Positions 41,503-50,960 of a stretch of DNA of 64,000 nucleotides are shown here, one piece after another. How positions within the stretch are numbered: position 1 is the first letter of the stretch; every line of letters starts with the position of its first letter. The notes below the pieces were generated by a model that was not told where the DNA came from, did not search any database, and was given only the letters and a program-made list of their open reading frames with translations. Source of the DNA: an uncultured delta proteobacterium (GTDB lineage: Bacteria > Desulfobacterota > Syntrophobacteria > Syntrophobacterales > Syntrophobacteraceae); NCBI GenBank assembly GCA_963808625.1, contig CAWEHK010000034.1:1-64000 (forward strand). Reading direction: 5' to 3'. Made by a program: the position numbers and the translations under genes.

Positions 41503-43276
41503 CTACAGCTTCTGCAACTCTTCGTGAAGCGCGCGCAGAGTTTTGGTGCCAGCCTTAAGCCTGTTGAAGTAGTGGTCCCACTCTTTTGGCTGGTTCAGGA
41601 AGCTCCGGTAGATTTGCCTGATGGCTTGCAGATACCTCATCGCTGCCCGGTAATTGTCCCGCCCCCGGAGCGCGATCAAACGATCGACGGTCGCACAGTA
41701 GGCCGTCAAATAAGCGTCAGGGTGGAGCGGCAGGAGCTTGGCCTCGTATTTTACCAGCAACTCGTGATGGTCCCTGGCGAGAGCAAAAAGGCTCTTCAAG
41801 TCGTCCTTGTAGCCGTAAATCTCCGCCAGGACAACGGCCGAGCTATTCACTCCCCATCCCCATGACGGCTGCTTCTTGTGGGCGGCTGTGAGCAGATGGG
41901 ACAGGAGCTTCTTCTCGAAACCGGGCCAGTCCTTTTCATTCAATGTCTGTTCGGCTTCCCGGTACAGCTCGAGCGTTGTCTCGCCGCGATTCAAACGCAA
42001 CTCGAGGAGTTTAACCAAGCCCTGGTAGTCCGACTGGGAGCGGTAGTGCTGCTGCAGCACCGTGTAAGCGGAATCCCTGCTCGGTGGGCCTCCGTCGAGA
42101 TCCTGTTTCGCGATTTTCATTTCCAGCAGTTCCATGATCTTGTCGTAATCGTTTTGTTGCAGATAATGCTGCTCCAGGTGCTGATAGAGCTCGGTCTTTC
42201 TGCCTTTTCCGTCGCGGAGTCCCGCCTGAACCGTTTCCATGGCTTTCTCGGCATTGCCCTTGTTGAGCCAGAATTCTGCCAGGGCCCAGAAATCCATGCC
42301 GTACTCGAGACCGGCGCTGAAGCGTCCTGAGCTGAGCTGCCTCGTCACCGATCATTTCATACAGGGAAGCCAGCAGGTGATCATCGTAAGAGCTCTTCTC
42401 TGTGCATGATTCCAGTTTGTCGATCACAATCTGGTAATGAGACCTCTCCGAACAAAGCTCCATGACGGTATCATAAACCGTATCGCCCACCCCGGAGTTC
42501 CCGCGGTTGTAGTAGTGCATCAGCCGCTCGATGACGTCCTTGCGCATTTTGCTCAGAGACTCATTTTCCGTGAGGCATGGCACGAGCACCTCGAGGCTCT
42601 CGAAAAGCACTTCTTCCAGATCGTCATCGTTCATCCCATAATCATTGAGCTCTTCAAGGACGCGGTCGGCGATCGCCCAGTGAACTGCACTTTTGAAATC
42701 GTCCGAGGCGCTGTCGACAGACGTCTGTATGGCGGACAGTTTATCCGCAATGTCAGTGGTTGAATAAGACCGGGATTCGATGGCCGGAAAAGCCCCCGTG
42801 ACTTGTTTGAGGATACTATTTAACGTCGTCTTGGCCTCGGCCTGATAGCGGACCATGAGCTCTCGCTTGAAATCCGGGTAGCGGGCGGCGCAGGCCATGA
42901 TCATCGCGACCAGTTTATCTTTGGGGAGTTTGCTGATTTGCGAACTGAGGGTAGCCGTCTTTTTTCCCTCCTCCCTTGCCTGTTCCTCGTATTTTCGGGA
43001 GTCATGAAGGTAAGCCAACAACACCGCGACGATGTGTTTGCAGGGATATCCACCATAGGGACAGTCACAGGAGGCATCGATTTCGCCTTCATCGAGAGTG
43101 ACCTCGACCTCATATTCCCCTCGGGTCCCTGCAACTTTCGCAAGGATGCTTTCCGAAGAAGGTTCGTAAGTCAGGTCTTTGACCATCCCTCGGGCAAAAT
43201 AGTCGTGCCCCCTGCCAAAGATGGTGGCACCTGCCAGGTCCTTGATCACGGCCTCTTTCACATCCTTGAGCTTCAT
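41503..43276 (-). CDS. SWIM zinc-finger protein with helical C-terminus (frameshift near 42325)
   Basis: GRGHDYF..VAGT..Y..CDCPY..CKHIVAVLL; C-terminal GRDNY..LRALHEELQKL. Confidence 0.8.
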
Positions 43277-43434
43277 TCTCTATCCTTTGCGGTTGCTGAC
43301 TCGTGGTCCTTCGTCGAAAATATAAGGAGTATCGAGGTTCTCCTGCGCAAAATATTCCCTTCCGGCCGCTGACCATGCCGTTCAGAAACCTAAAGCAATG
43401 AGTGTTCGTTCCTTTGAAGGATCGTCCCGATTGG

Positions 43435-44030
43435 TTTCCGGACCCCGTCCGCGTGACCCGACTGTCAAGATCCTCTCGACCGGCTCGACCGCAGGCTTCC
43501 GGACCCCGTCCGCGTGGCCCGACCCCATCCGGCGACAACCCGTCCGCACGGGATTGACACCGCGTAGTTAGGTGGCCGGCTCGAACCGCTCGTTAGCAAA
43601 TCTCAATTCTCTTTCTCCATCTCAGCCTCAGCAAGCTGATCAAGCTCAGCAAACCCTACGAGCCTGTTTGTCGCAAGTCCATTTTGAGTTATCAAATTCA
43701 AGTCCGTCGCAATTGCCTGCAGGCATGCCGCAACCGTTATTTTGTGGCATTTGTCGAATATATCACAGTCTAAACACTTATACGGAGGCTCTCCGTGGAG
43801 CATATCTTCCGCCTGTTGCCCAAAACATTCTTTAGAATCCCATTCGTTCTTCATTTTGATCTCCAATTCCGCCAACAATCCCAGATAAGATACACCGATC
43901 GCCGCTCCGGTTGGGCCGTGACCGCGGCCGACCCCGCGTGCGCCGTCGCGTGCGCGACCGTCCGACGTGCGGCTGCCGACCCCGTCCGGATGTCAAACAC
44001 TTGCCGTGGCCCGACCCCGTCCGGCTGAAA
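43435..44030. repeat. GC-rich GACCCCGTCCG / CGTGRCCCGAC repeats flanking a small ORF
   Basis: TTCCGGACCCCGTCCGCGTGRCCCGAC twice (about 43436 and 43497) and related copies at about 43977 and 44005. Confidence 0.7.
43603..43854 (-). CDS. Small Cys-rich hypothetical protein, AT-rich
   Basis: MKNEWDSKECFG..CLDCDIFDKCHK; GGAG RBS. Confidence 0.55.
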   Translation of the reverse strand: MKNEWDSKECFGQQAEDMLHGEPPYKCLDCDIFDKCHKITVAACLQAIATDLNLITQNGLATNRLVGFAELDQLAEAEMEKEN

Positions 44031-44721
44031 TGGGGCCGGCTTTCCAGCCTGCCAGGTCGTTCTGCTCCTCAACCGGGATTGCATCAGGTCCCTGTTTCAA
44101 ACTATTGAGGGACTCGGCCGTCCAATCCTCGACGGATTGGACCGCCTCTTGCCCGATGCCTCGTCTCTCCGGTTTTTGCGAGTCCTTGTCGAGAGCGTGC
44201 CGCCAAAGATAGAGCTTCTCATCTTCTTCTGCCGGGGTCCCAAAAGATAAATGAATTTTAGTTCGTCCCTGAAATCCAGAATGTAGCAGGGAAGCCATTG
44301 TGATCCCCCCAGCTCCGTTCACCAAATTTTAACCTCAGAGAACTTAGCGTTGAGCGCAATTATAAACATAAAGTTAGATTGAGACCCAATGTCTTTTGCC
44401 ATTTAGCCGGACAAGAGTCCAATCAGAAGCGCTTCATGGGAAGCACAGCAAAATGAGGCCTCCTAAAAATTGATCGAGCTCGTGTGGCTGTGCGTTTCAA
44501 ACCAGGTGTGATTCTCCGTTTCTAAGAGAATAGACAATTTCGGCTACCTGGTCTTCAACAGCGGGGGACCGTTGCCAGGCGGCCCTCGCCAACCCCAACC
44601 AAAGCATAAGGAGGCTGCCATAAACAAAGAGAAGAGTTCTGTCAGATCTTATCAGTTCATCCGACCACACCTAACAAGGAGAAACAACATGTCTGGACCC
44701 AAGGAAATTCTGTTACTGGGG

Positions 44722-44887
44722 CAATGGTTTTGAGTCCGCTGCGATTGAGCCGGAAGTGGCGGACGGCTACTATCTGCTGGTCGAGCCATTGTCCATCGGG
44801 AAGCACAAGATCAAGTTCGGCGTCAAGAACGTCGGCTGGTCGATGGACATCATCTACAACATCACGGTTGTTCCAGGCAAGAAGTGA
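44722..44887 (+). pseudogene. C-terminal remnant of a paralog of the 45058 gene
   Basis: Frame reads VADGYYLLVEPLSIGKHKIKF..MDIIYNITVVPGKK*, aligning with VDDGVYVMLMPLPKGHHTLNF..LDFTYKLTVE. Confidence 0.65.
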
Positions 44888-45057
44888 TCGCGCGTATTTG
44901 CCTTATGTGCCTGCTGATGCACCCTGTGATCACGCGTGCAGGGTCTATCAGCAGCAATGGTAGTCCTTCGGAGCGAAAGGACGTGCATGCGGAACATGAA
45001 CGCTTTCGGAGGGCAAGAACCTTTACTCAGCAACAATCAGGAATCAAGGAGGTGGGT

Positions 45058-45828
45058 ATGAGAACTAAATCAATGGTATTAAGTCTTGCACTAATGTTGG
45101 TATTGGGATTGACTGGATTTTCTGCAGGCGCATCTTCACCACCGGATGGCATTCCCGGTTGGGCTACGGCCTATTCGAGGGATTCCGTGATCTTTGGCCG
45201 AACCTATGGCGAGTGGTCGGCTGCCTGGCAGCAATGGGCGGACTCGATGCCGGCTGCTGCACACCCCCTGTTTGATACGGCACCCTGTTCGGAGGGTCAG
45301 TCGGGGCCGGTTTGGTTTCTAGGAGGCAAATTTTGCAACACGGAAAATCCCGAGTGTCCCTCCGAACCCGCTGTACGCTCCTGCACAGTGCCTGCGGGGA
45401 AGGTGTTGTACTTCCCGGTCCTAAACTTCGCATGCCTTAACGGCGAAGCCGAGAAGGGGTTTTGCGGTCCCGCCGGGCCTTTCATCACCCAGATGCGCGC
45501 CTTCCTTGCGGACGGGATCGATCAAACAATCAAACTTAAGGTCACCGTGGATGGAAAGGCAATCAAGGGCGAGTGTGGAAAGCCCGTCGACTTGAAGAAG
45601 GATTTCCGGGTGCAATCAACCGTCTATACCGCCGTAATGCCGGAAGGCAATTTGCTTCAAGCGATCGGTGAAGAAGCGATTGGCGCCGGAACCTATTGGG
45701 GCGTCGATGACGGCGTTTATGTTATGCTCATGCCGTTGCCAAAGGGCCATCACACTCTCAACTTTAAGGGCCGTTTTCCTCAGTACGATTTCAGCCTTGA
45801 TTTTACCTACAAGCTGACCGTGGAGTAA
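45058..45828 (+). CDS. Secreted Cys-containing hypothetical protein
   Basis: AAGGAGG RBS, signal peptide, GRTYGEWSAAWQQW, GPVWFLGG, RSCTVPAGK. Confidence 0.75.
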   Translation: MRTKSMVLSLALMLVLGLTGFSAGASSPPDGIPGWATAYSRDSVIFGRTYGEWSAAWQQWADSMPAAAHPLFDTAPCSEGQSGPVWFLGGKFCNTENPECPSEPAVRSCTVPAGKVLYFPVLNFACLNGEAEKGFCGPAGPFITQMRAFLADGIDQTIKLKVTVDGKAIKGECGKPVDLKKDFRVQSTVYTAVMPEGNLLQAIGEEAIGAGTYWGVDDGVYVMLMPLPKGHHTLNFKGRFPQYDFSLDFTYKLTVE

Positions 45829-46014
45829 TTCAGCTGCAGCGCATCCGGCATTCTGGCTCTCTTCGAGGTGGCCATTGACTGCCGTGCGGGCTTGCGGATA
45901 CGCCCTGTGCCAACGAGCGCAGGGTGTATTTGCAGCCCTGATGAGCTTTCATGATTCCGACAGGGTAAAGGCTTTCCCGTGTTGTATCTCTCGCTCAGTG
46001 CCGAAATCTTCGCT

Positions 46015-46160
46015 TTATACTCGTTTTGGCAGACCTATGATAGTCACCGCAGAGCACGCTGAGATCGCAGAGAAACCTAATGATTCGATAGCGAAATCTC
46101 TCTGCGCACTCTGCGTTCTCCGCGGTAAAAAGAGAACCTTTTCATCCTTAACGAGTATAA
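46015..46160. mobile_element. MITE with perfect 11-bp TIR and CGCAGAG 9-mer hairpin cargo
   Basis: TTATACTCGTT ... AACGAGTATAA; internal ACCGCAGAGCACGCTGAGATCGCAGAGA...TCTCTGCGCACTCTGCGTTCTCCGCGGT. Confidence 0.75.
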
Positions 46161-46261
46161 TTGTTTTTTTCGACCCCACCAAAATCACGAAGCGTCTGCG
46201 CCGTCTCTTCGGCATTCAGTTCGTCGACCGCAATCCACATATCCATGTCTCCCGTTGCCCG

Positions 46262-47452
46262 TTAGAGCCCGAAACGTGGAAGAGCGCGGAGTTTCAGCGC
46301 TTTCAGAAGTTTCACGGGGTCTTCGAAGCGGCCGGTCAGCATGACGGCGGCGATGATGTAAGGCTTGAAGCCGGCCTGCACGTAAGTCGGGATCCGGTAG
46401 CGATCGAAGACGCTAGCGGCGACCTCGCCCGCTTCGCAGGAAACGCCAGAGATGTCCGCCGGGAGGCAGTGCATGTAGAGGGCCTTGCCGCCCCGGGTTG
46501 ACTTCATCTTCTCCTCGGTACACTCCCATGACTTGAACTCGGCATTTCTGGCGAGGCACTCCTTTTCCAGTTCCTTCAAACCCGGCGTGTCGTTTCGCTG
46601 CTGCAGCTCGGTGCGTTGCTCCACCACCGCATAAGGCGCCCAGCTCTTGGGGTAAACCACATCTGCTCCGGCAAACGCTTCCTCCATGGAATGCACCACC
46701 TTGAAACTGCCGCCGCTTTCGGAGGCCAGCCTTCCGGACAGGTCGACAACCTCCGGGATCAAGTGATACCCCTCGGGATAGGCCAGCACCACATCCATAC
46801 CGAATCGGGGCATGAGGCCGATCACTCCCTGGGGCACCGAGAGCGGCTTGCCGTAGCTCGGCGAGTAAGCCCAGGTCATGGCAAGCTTCCTGCGCTTAAG
46901 ATTTTCGTACGAGCCGAAGTGATTCTTGAGGTGCATCAGGTCCGCCATGCTCTGGGTGGGATGGTCGATGTCGCTCTGCAGGTTGATCACGTTCGGCCGC
47001 TGCTCGAGCACGCCGGAGCTGAAGCCGTCCGCCAGGGCGGCTGACACTTCCCGCATATAGGTGTGGCCGGCGCCAAGGAAGATGTCGTCGCGGATGCCGA
47101 TGAATTCCGTGAAAAAGGAGATCATGTTGGCGGTTTCGCGCACCGTTTCCCCATGAGCGATCTGGGAGCGGCCTTCATCCAGGTCCTGCACCCCCAGACC
47201 GAGCAGATTGGCTGCTTTAAAGAAGGAGAAACGGGTGCGGGTGGACTGGTCGCGAAAGATGCTGACCGCCAGTCCCGAATCAAAACAGCGGCTCGAGATG
47301 TTCTCGCGTCTCAGCCGGCGCAGGGCTTCGGCCACGGCCATGATCTTCTTCAGCTCATCGACGGTCTTCTCCCAGGTCAGAAGGAAATCCTTCCCGTGGA
47401 GAGCTCCGGAGAGGGATTCGATTTCATCCATCAAGCTCTGGTAGTGGTTCAT
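46262..47452 (-). CDS. ygeW: Knotted carbamoyltransferase YgeW
   Basis: DFLLTWEK, FRDQSTRTRFS, SQIAHGETVRET, DHPTQ, WAYSPSYGKPLSVPQG, YPKSWAP, YMHCLPAD. Confidence 0.95.
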   Translation of the reverse strand: MNHYQSLMDEIESLSGALHGKDFLLTWEKTVDELKKIMAVAEALRRLRRENISSRCFDSGLAVSIFRDQSTRTRFSFFKAANLLGLGVQDLDEGRSQIAHGETVRETANMISFFTEFIGIRDDIFLGAGHTYMREVSAALADGFSSGVLEQRPNVINLQSDIDHPTQSMADLMHLKNHFGSYENLKRRKLAMTWAYSPSYGKPLSVPQGVIGLMPRFGMDVVLAYPEGYHLIPEVVDLSGRLASESGGSFKVVHSMEEAFAGADVVYPKSWAPYAVVEQRTELQQRNDTPGLKELEKECLARNAEFKSWECTEEKMKSTRGGKALYMHCLPADISGVSCEAGEVAASVFDRYRIPTYVQAGFKPYIIAAVMLTGRFEDPVKLLKALKLRALPRFGL

Positions 47453-47530
47453 CTTTTCTCCTTGTGGGCACAACGTGCGTTTGGTCAGCTACTCAATAAG
47501 CGTGGACGCACGAACGCTTCTGCAACCCCT

Positions 47531-47667
47531 GGATTCCCGCTGGAAGCATGCGGGAATGACGACCCAAGACTCAGATCATGCGGCAATGACGGTCTGAGAC
47601 CCAGATCATGCGGCAATGACGATCTGAGACTCAGATCATGCGGGAATGACGATCTAAGACTCACATG
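47531..47667. repeat. 30-bp tandem array derived from a GGATTCCCGC..GCGGGAATGAC palindrome
   Basis: Units at 47531, 47561, 47591 and 47621 end in CATGCGGSAATGAC; partial fifth unit. Confidence 0.88.
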
Positions 47668-47671
47668 CTAA

Positions 47672-47798
47672 GAGACTGTCCAAAAACAACTTGCCCTCAT
47701 TTCAGCCCTTTTTCGAACCACGAAGAACACGAAGAGCACGAAGAAATCACTTCGTGTTCTTCGTGGTAAAAGAAGGCCTTTTATTTTTGGACGCCCCC
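47672..47798. mobile_element. MITE-like element with TAA flanks and CACGAAG hairpin cargo
   Basis: TAA|GAGACTGTCCAAAAA ... TTTTTGGACGCCCCC|TAA; internal ACCACGAAGAACACGAAG...CTTCGTGTTCTTCGTGGT. Confidence 0.65.
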
Positions 47799-47880
47799 TA
47801 AGACTCACATGGTCCTTGGGGGTACCTGAAGTTATTGAGAAGTTGCGCGTTCGGCGGACAACTGCCCGGAAATAGAGGCC

Positions 47881-49065
47881 TTAGATCGTGTCCGCGTAGA
47901 GCGCATAAAATGCCGCGGCATTCACCAGGTCCTCGATTGGCGTCTTCTCGTCGGGTGCATGGGCCATGGCTTCCTGGCCGGGTCCGAAACCGATGGCCGG
48001 GATGCCGTACATGCCTGAGATGGCGACGGCATTGGTGGAAAAGGTCCATTTGCCGATCCTCGGCGGCTCGCCGAAGAGCGCCTGGTAGGCCCGCGCTCCG
48101 CCTTGCACCGCGGCGTGGTCCTCAGGCCATTTCCAGGTCGGATAGTATTTTTCCATGCCGTAGCGTCGGCCCGTGTAGGCCGTTTCCTCGAAGTTCGGAA
48201 CGACCACGACGGCATTTTCGCCTTTGACGATCTCCTCGACCTCCGCCAAAGCGGATTCGCTGGTTTCACCCCAGGTCAGCCGGCGGTCAAGGTGGATGCG
48301 CGCGTAGTCAGCCACCGCACAGAGCGAGGGGCTTCCGGAGACGAACTCGGTGAGGGCGACGGAGCCCTTGCCAAGGAAGTCGTCGGTGGGGAGACGCTCG
48401 TTCAGCTTCTCCACTGCGAGGCAGGCCCTGGACGCCATATAAATCGCGTTTTTGCCTCGCTCAGGCGCCGAACCGTGGCAGGACACCCCCCTGAAGATCA
48501 CTTCGATTTCCATGCGGCCGCGCTGCCCCCGGTACAAGCCTCCATCGGTGGGTTCCGTGCTCACGACCACCGCGGGCCTGATCCCATCCTCTTCGATAAT
48601 ATACTTCCAGCAAAGCCCGTCGCAATCCTCCTCGATGACGCTGCCCACGAAGTACACCGTGAGGTCCCGGTCCAGGCTAAGTTCCTTGAGAATGCGGCCG
48701 GCGGTCACCATGGAGGCGACGCCGCCCTTCTGATCCGCTGCCCCACGCCCATAAACATACCCGTCCCGAATGTCCCCGCAGAAGGGGTCGAAACTCCAGT
48801 TGGCGGCGTTGCCCACCGCGACGGTGTCCAGATGGCCGTCGAAGGCGATGACCCGCTTTCCCTGTCCAATCCGGCCGATGACGTTCCCGAGCCCATCGAC
48901 GGTCACTTCATCGAAGCGGGCCGCTTTCATCTGTTCCACCAGTCTCTCAGCAACCTCCTTCTCACCCAGGCTCGGGGATTTGATCTTAACGAGCTCAGAC
49001 AGGTTGGAGGCGGTGAGTTCGCGGTAGCGTCGGGAGAGTTCGAGAATCCTGCTTGCGTTTTCCAT
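47881..49065 (-). CDS. ygeY: YgeY-type M20 metallohydrolase
   Basis: FDGHLDTV, GRGAADQKGG, EEDCDG, TEPT, GQRGRME, SCHGSAP, WTFSTN, AHAPDE; adjacent to ygeW. Confidence 0.92.
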   Translation of the reverse strand: MENASRILELSRRYRELTASNLSELVKIKSPSLGEKEVAERLVEQMKAARFDEVTVDGLGNVIGRIGQGKRVIAFDGHLDTVAVGNAANWSFDPFCGDIRDGYVYGRGAADQKGGVASMVTAGRILKELSLDRDLTVYFVGSVIEEDCDGLCWKYIIEEDGIRPAVVVSTEPTDGGLYRGQRGRMEIEVIFRGVSCHGSAPERGKNAIYMASRACLAVEKLNERLPTDDFLGKGSVALTEFVSGSPSLCAVADYARIHLDRRLTWGETSESALAEVEEIVKGENAVVVVPNFEETAYTGRRYGMEKYYPTWKWPEDHAAVQGGARAYQALFGEPPRIGKWTFSTNAVAISGMYGIPAIGFGPGQEAMAHAPDEKTPIEDLVNAAAFYALYADTI

Positions 49066-49312
49066 GATGAGATCCTTTATATGAAAATAGTGGCCAGTGG
49101 CCAGTGATCAGTGGTCAGAAAAGGCAACGCGTGCAGGTTGCCACCATTTTCATGACTCGTTGTGACCATCGGGGTCATGGGGGTTAGTTGAAGTGGGTTC
49201 TGTGGCCCCAGCGAAGGAAGGGCAGGATCCCGGCTTTTCTTATGGATTCCCGCTAAAAGCATGCGGGAATGACGTTCTGGGGTTATGGACTGTTGATTCT
49301 TTGGAGCTGTAT

Positions 49313-50719
49313 TCAGGCCCCCTGAGCCCGATACTCCTCAATCAGGCGGTCGACCTTCTCGACCTGTGCCTGCTGCGCTTCCCAGTACTCCTGCCCGCGC
49401 TGAGCATCGAGTTCGTCAACGCTCTTGCCCTGCTGCTCGACCCAGGTGAAGTACTTAAGGTTATGCCACTGGTTGCGGTTGCGGCGGGTGCCTTCGTCGA
49501 TCCAGTCGAGCTTCTGGCGGTGGAAGATGCTGACCAGCCGCACTTCGGCAGCGGTCCGGTCCATGGGGCCGGAGCAGTCGGTTAAGGATGCCATGACCGA
49601 GTGATAGCGGTCGATGGCGTCGGTGCAGATGGTGACGATGAGGTCGTCCTTGCCCATGCCGTAGAATTTGGCGGTCTTGATGGCGCCGAGCACGTTACAG
49701 ACTCCTGAGATGCCGAAAATCCGGGACAGCCGCTTCACCCTTTCCTCGGGAATTCCATACCTTTGAGTGAGCACCTCCCAGCCCGGCTCCTCGGTCAGCA
49801 GCTGCAGGCCTAGCTTGGCCTCGATGTCGTCGATGCCCATCACCGCGTCCATGTTCATGACGTTGTGGATCCAGGTGACGTGCTTGTCCCCGATGCCCTG
49901 AATATCGTGGCCGCCGTAGCCGTTCCAGTAGAGGGTCGGGCATTGGATGGGCTCTAGCCCGACGATCAGATGGCGCCCGGGCCAATGCTGTTTGAGCCGG
50001 TCACCGGCGGCGATGGTGCCGGCGGACCCCATGGCGGAGACGTAAGCGGACACCACGCCCTTGCCGACGCCCTGGTTTTCGAGCTCCCGAGCCAGCTCGA
50101 TGATGGTGTTGCCGGTCACATAATAGTGAAAGCGGTAGTTGGCGAAATCTTCGAACTGATTCATGATGCGGATGCGCTCGGGATCGGAGCGCTTGAGCTC
50201 GTGGCACTTGTCATAGATCTCCTTGACGCTGCTTTCGCCCCCCGGGGTGAGCTCCAGTCGGGCCCCGTAACGCCGGATGATCTCGAAGCGCTCCCTGCTC
50301 ATCAGTTCGGGCAGGATCACGACCGAGTCAAACTGCATGCGGGAGCCCACCCAGGCGCCGCCGATCCCGAAATTGCCGGTGGACGGCCAGACAATGGTGT
50401 GGCTCGCCGGATCAACAGCGCCGGTAATGGCCTTCTCGATCAGCACGGAGTAGGTGGCCCCGACCTTGTGGCTGCCAGTGGGAAAGTCCCTGCCGTACAA
50501 AACCACGATGGGCGTTTCGACGCCGGTCAGCTCGCGCGGTAGGACTTCGTGATAGATTCGGCCGGAGCCGTCTTTCCATGAAATATTGAAAAGGTTGACG
50601 GGATCAAGCGGGTCTTTGGCCCTGGCGGCGAGGGCCTTCTCCCGCAGATCTTTCCGGATCCTGGACGGGTCCAGCATCTCGGCAAACGTGGGACCGGTGA
50701 TGAGTCGGGGTTGCGTCAT
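49313..50719 (-). CDS. Fold-type II PLP enzyme, cysteine-synthase-like, uncharacterised
   Basis: FPTGSHKVGA (PLP Lys), WPSTGNFG, MGSAGTIAAG, HDIQGIGD. Confidence 0.85.
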   Translation of the reverse strand: MTQPRLITGPTFAEMLDPSRIRKDLREKALAARAKDPLDPVNLFNISWKDGSGRIYHEVLPRELTGVETPIVVLYGRDFPTGSHKVGATYSVLIEKAITGAVDPASHTIVWPSTGNFGIGGAWVGSRMQFDSVVILPELMSRERFEIIRRYGARLELTPGGESSVKEIYDKCHELKRSDPERIRIMNQFEDFANYRFHYYVTGNTIIELARELENQGVGKGVVSAYVSAMGSAGTIAAGDRLKQHWPGRHLIVGLEPIQCPTLYWNGYGGHDIQGIGDKHVTWIHNVMNMDAVMGIDDIEAKLGLQLLTEEPGWEVLTQRYGIPEERVKRLSRIFGISGVCNVLGAIKTAKFYGMGKDDLIVTICTDAIDRYHSVMASLTDCSGPMDRTAAEVRLVSIFHRQKLDWIDEGTRRNRNQWHNLKYFTWVEQQGKSVDELDAQRGQEYWEAQQAQVEKVDRLIEEYRAQGA

Positions 50720-50960
50720 GACGTCACGTCCTTCTTCTTGAGCATTCAGCCAGCTCTGCTTCGCTTGGTGAGGTTATCCGAAAACACCTGGCACTCATTC
50801 CGACCATATTTTCCCCACGAAGTCACACGAAGGACTGCGAAGACACACGAATGAATCATGTCGTGTCCGGTTTATGCTCCGCAGTGAGAGTCGTGCTTTA
50901 TCATTGGATGGCACACCTATCCAACAATCATGGACATGCCTGAAGATGTCTTTCATATCA

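Noticed and set aside
43993..44325. 110-aa minus-strand ORF
   Set aside because: No motifs, TTG start, and its 3' end runs through REP-like repeats; cannot be supported as a gene.
47531..47667. Possible CRISPR array
   Set aside because: 30-bp units are contiguous and near-identical with no unique spacers; no cas genes in the window.
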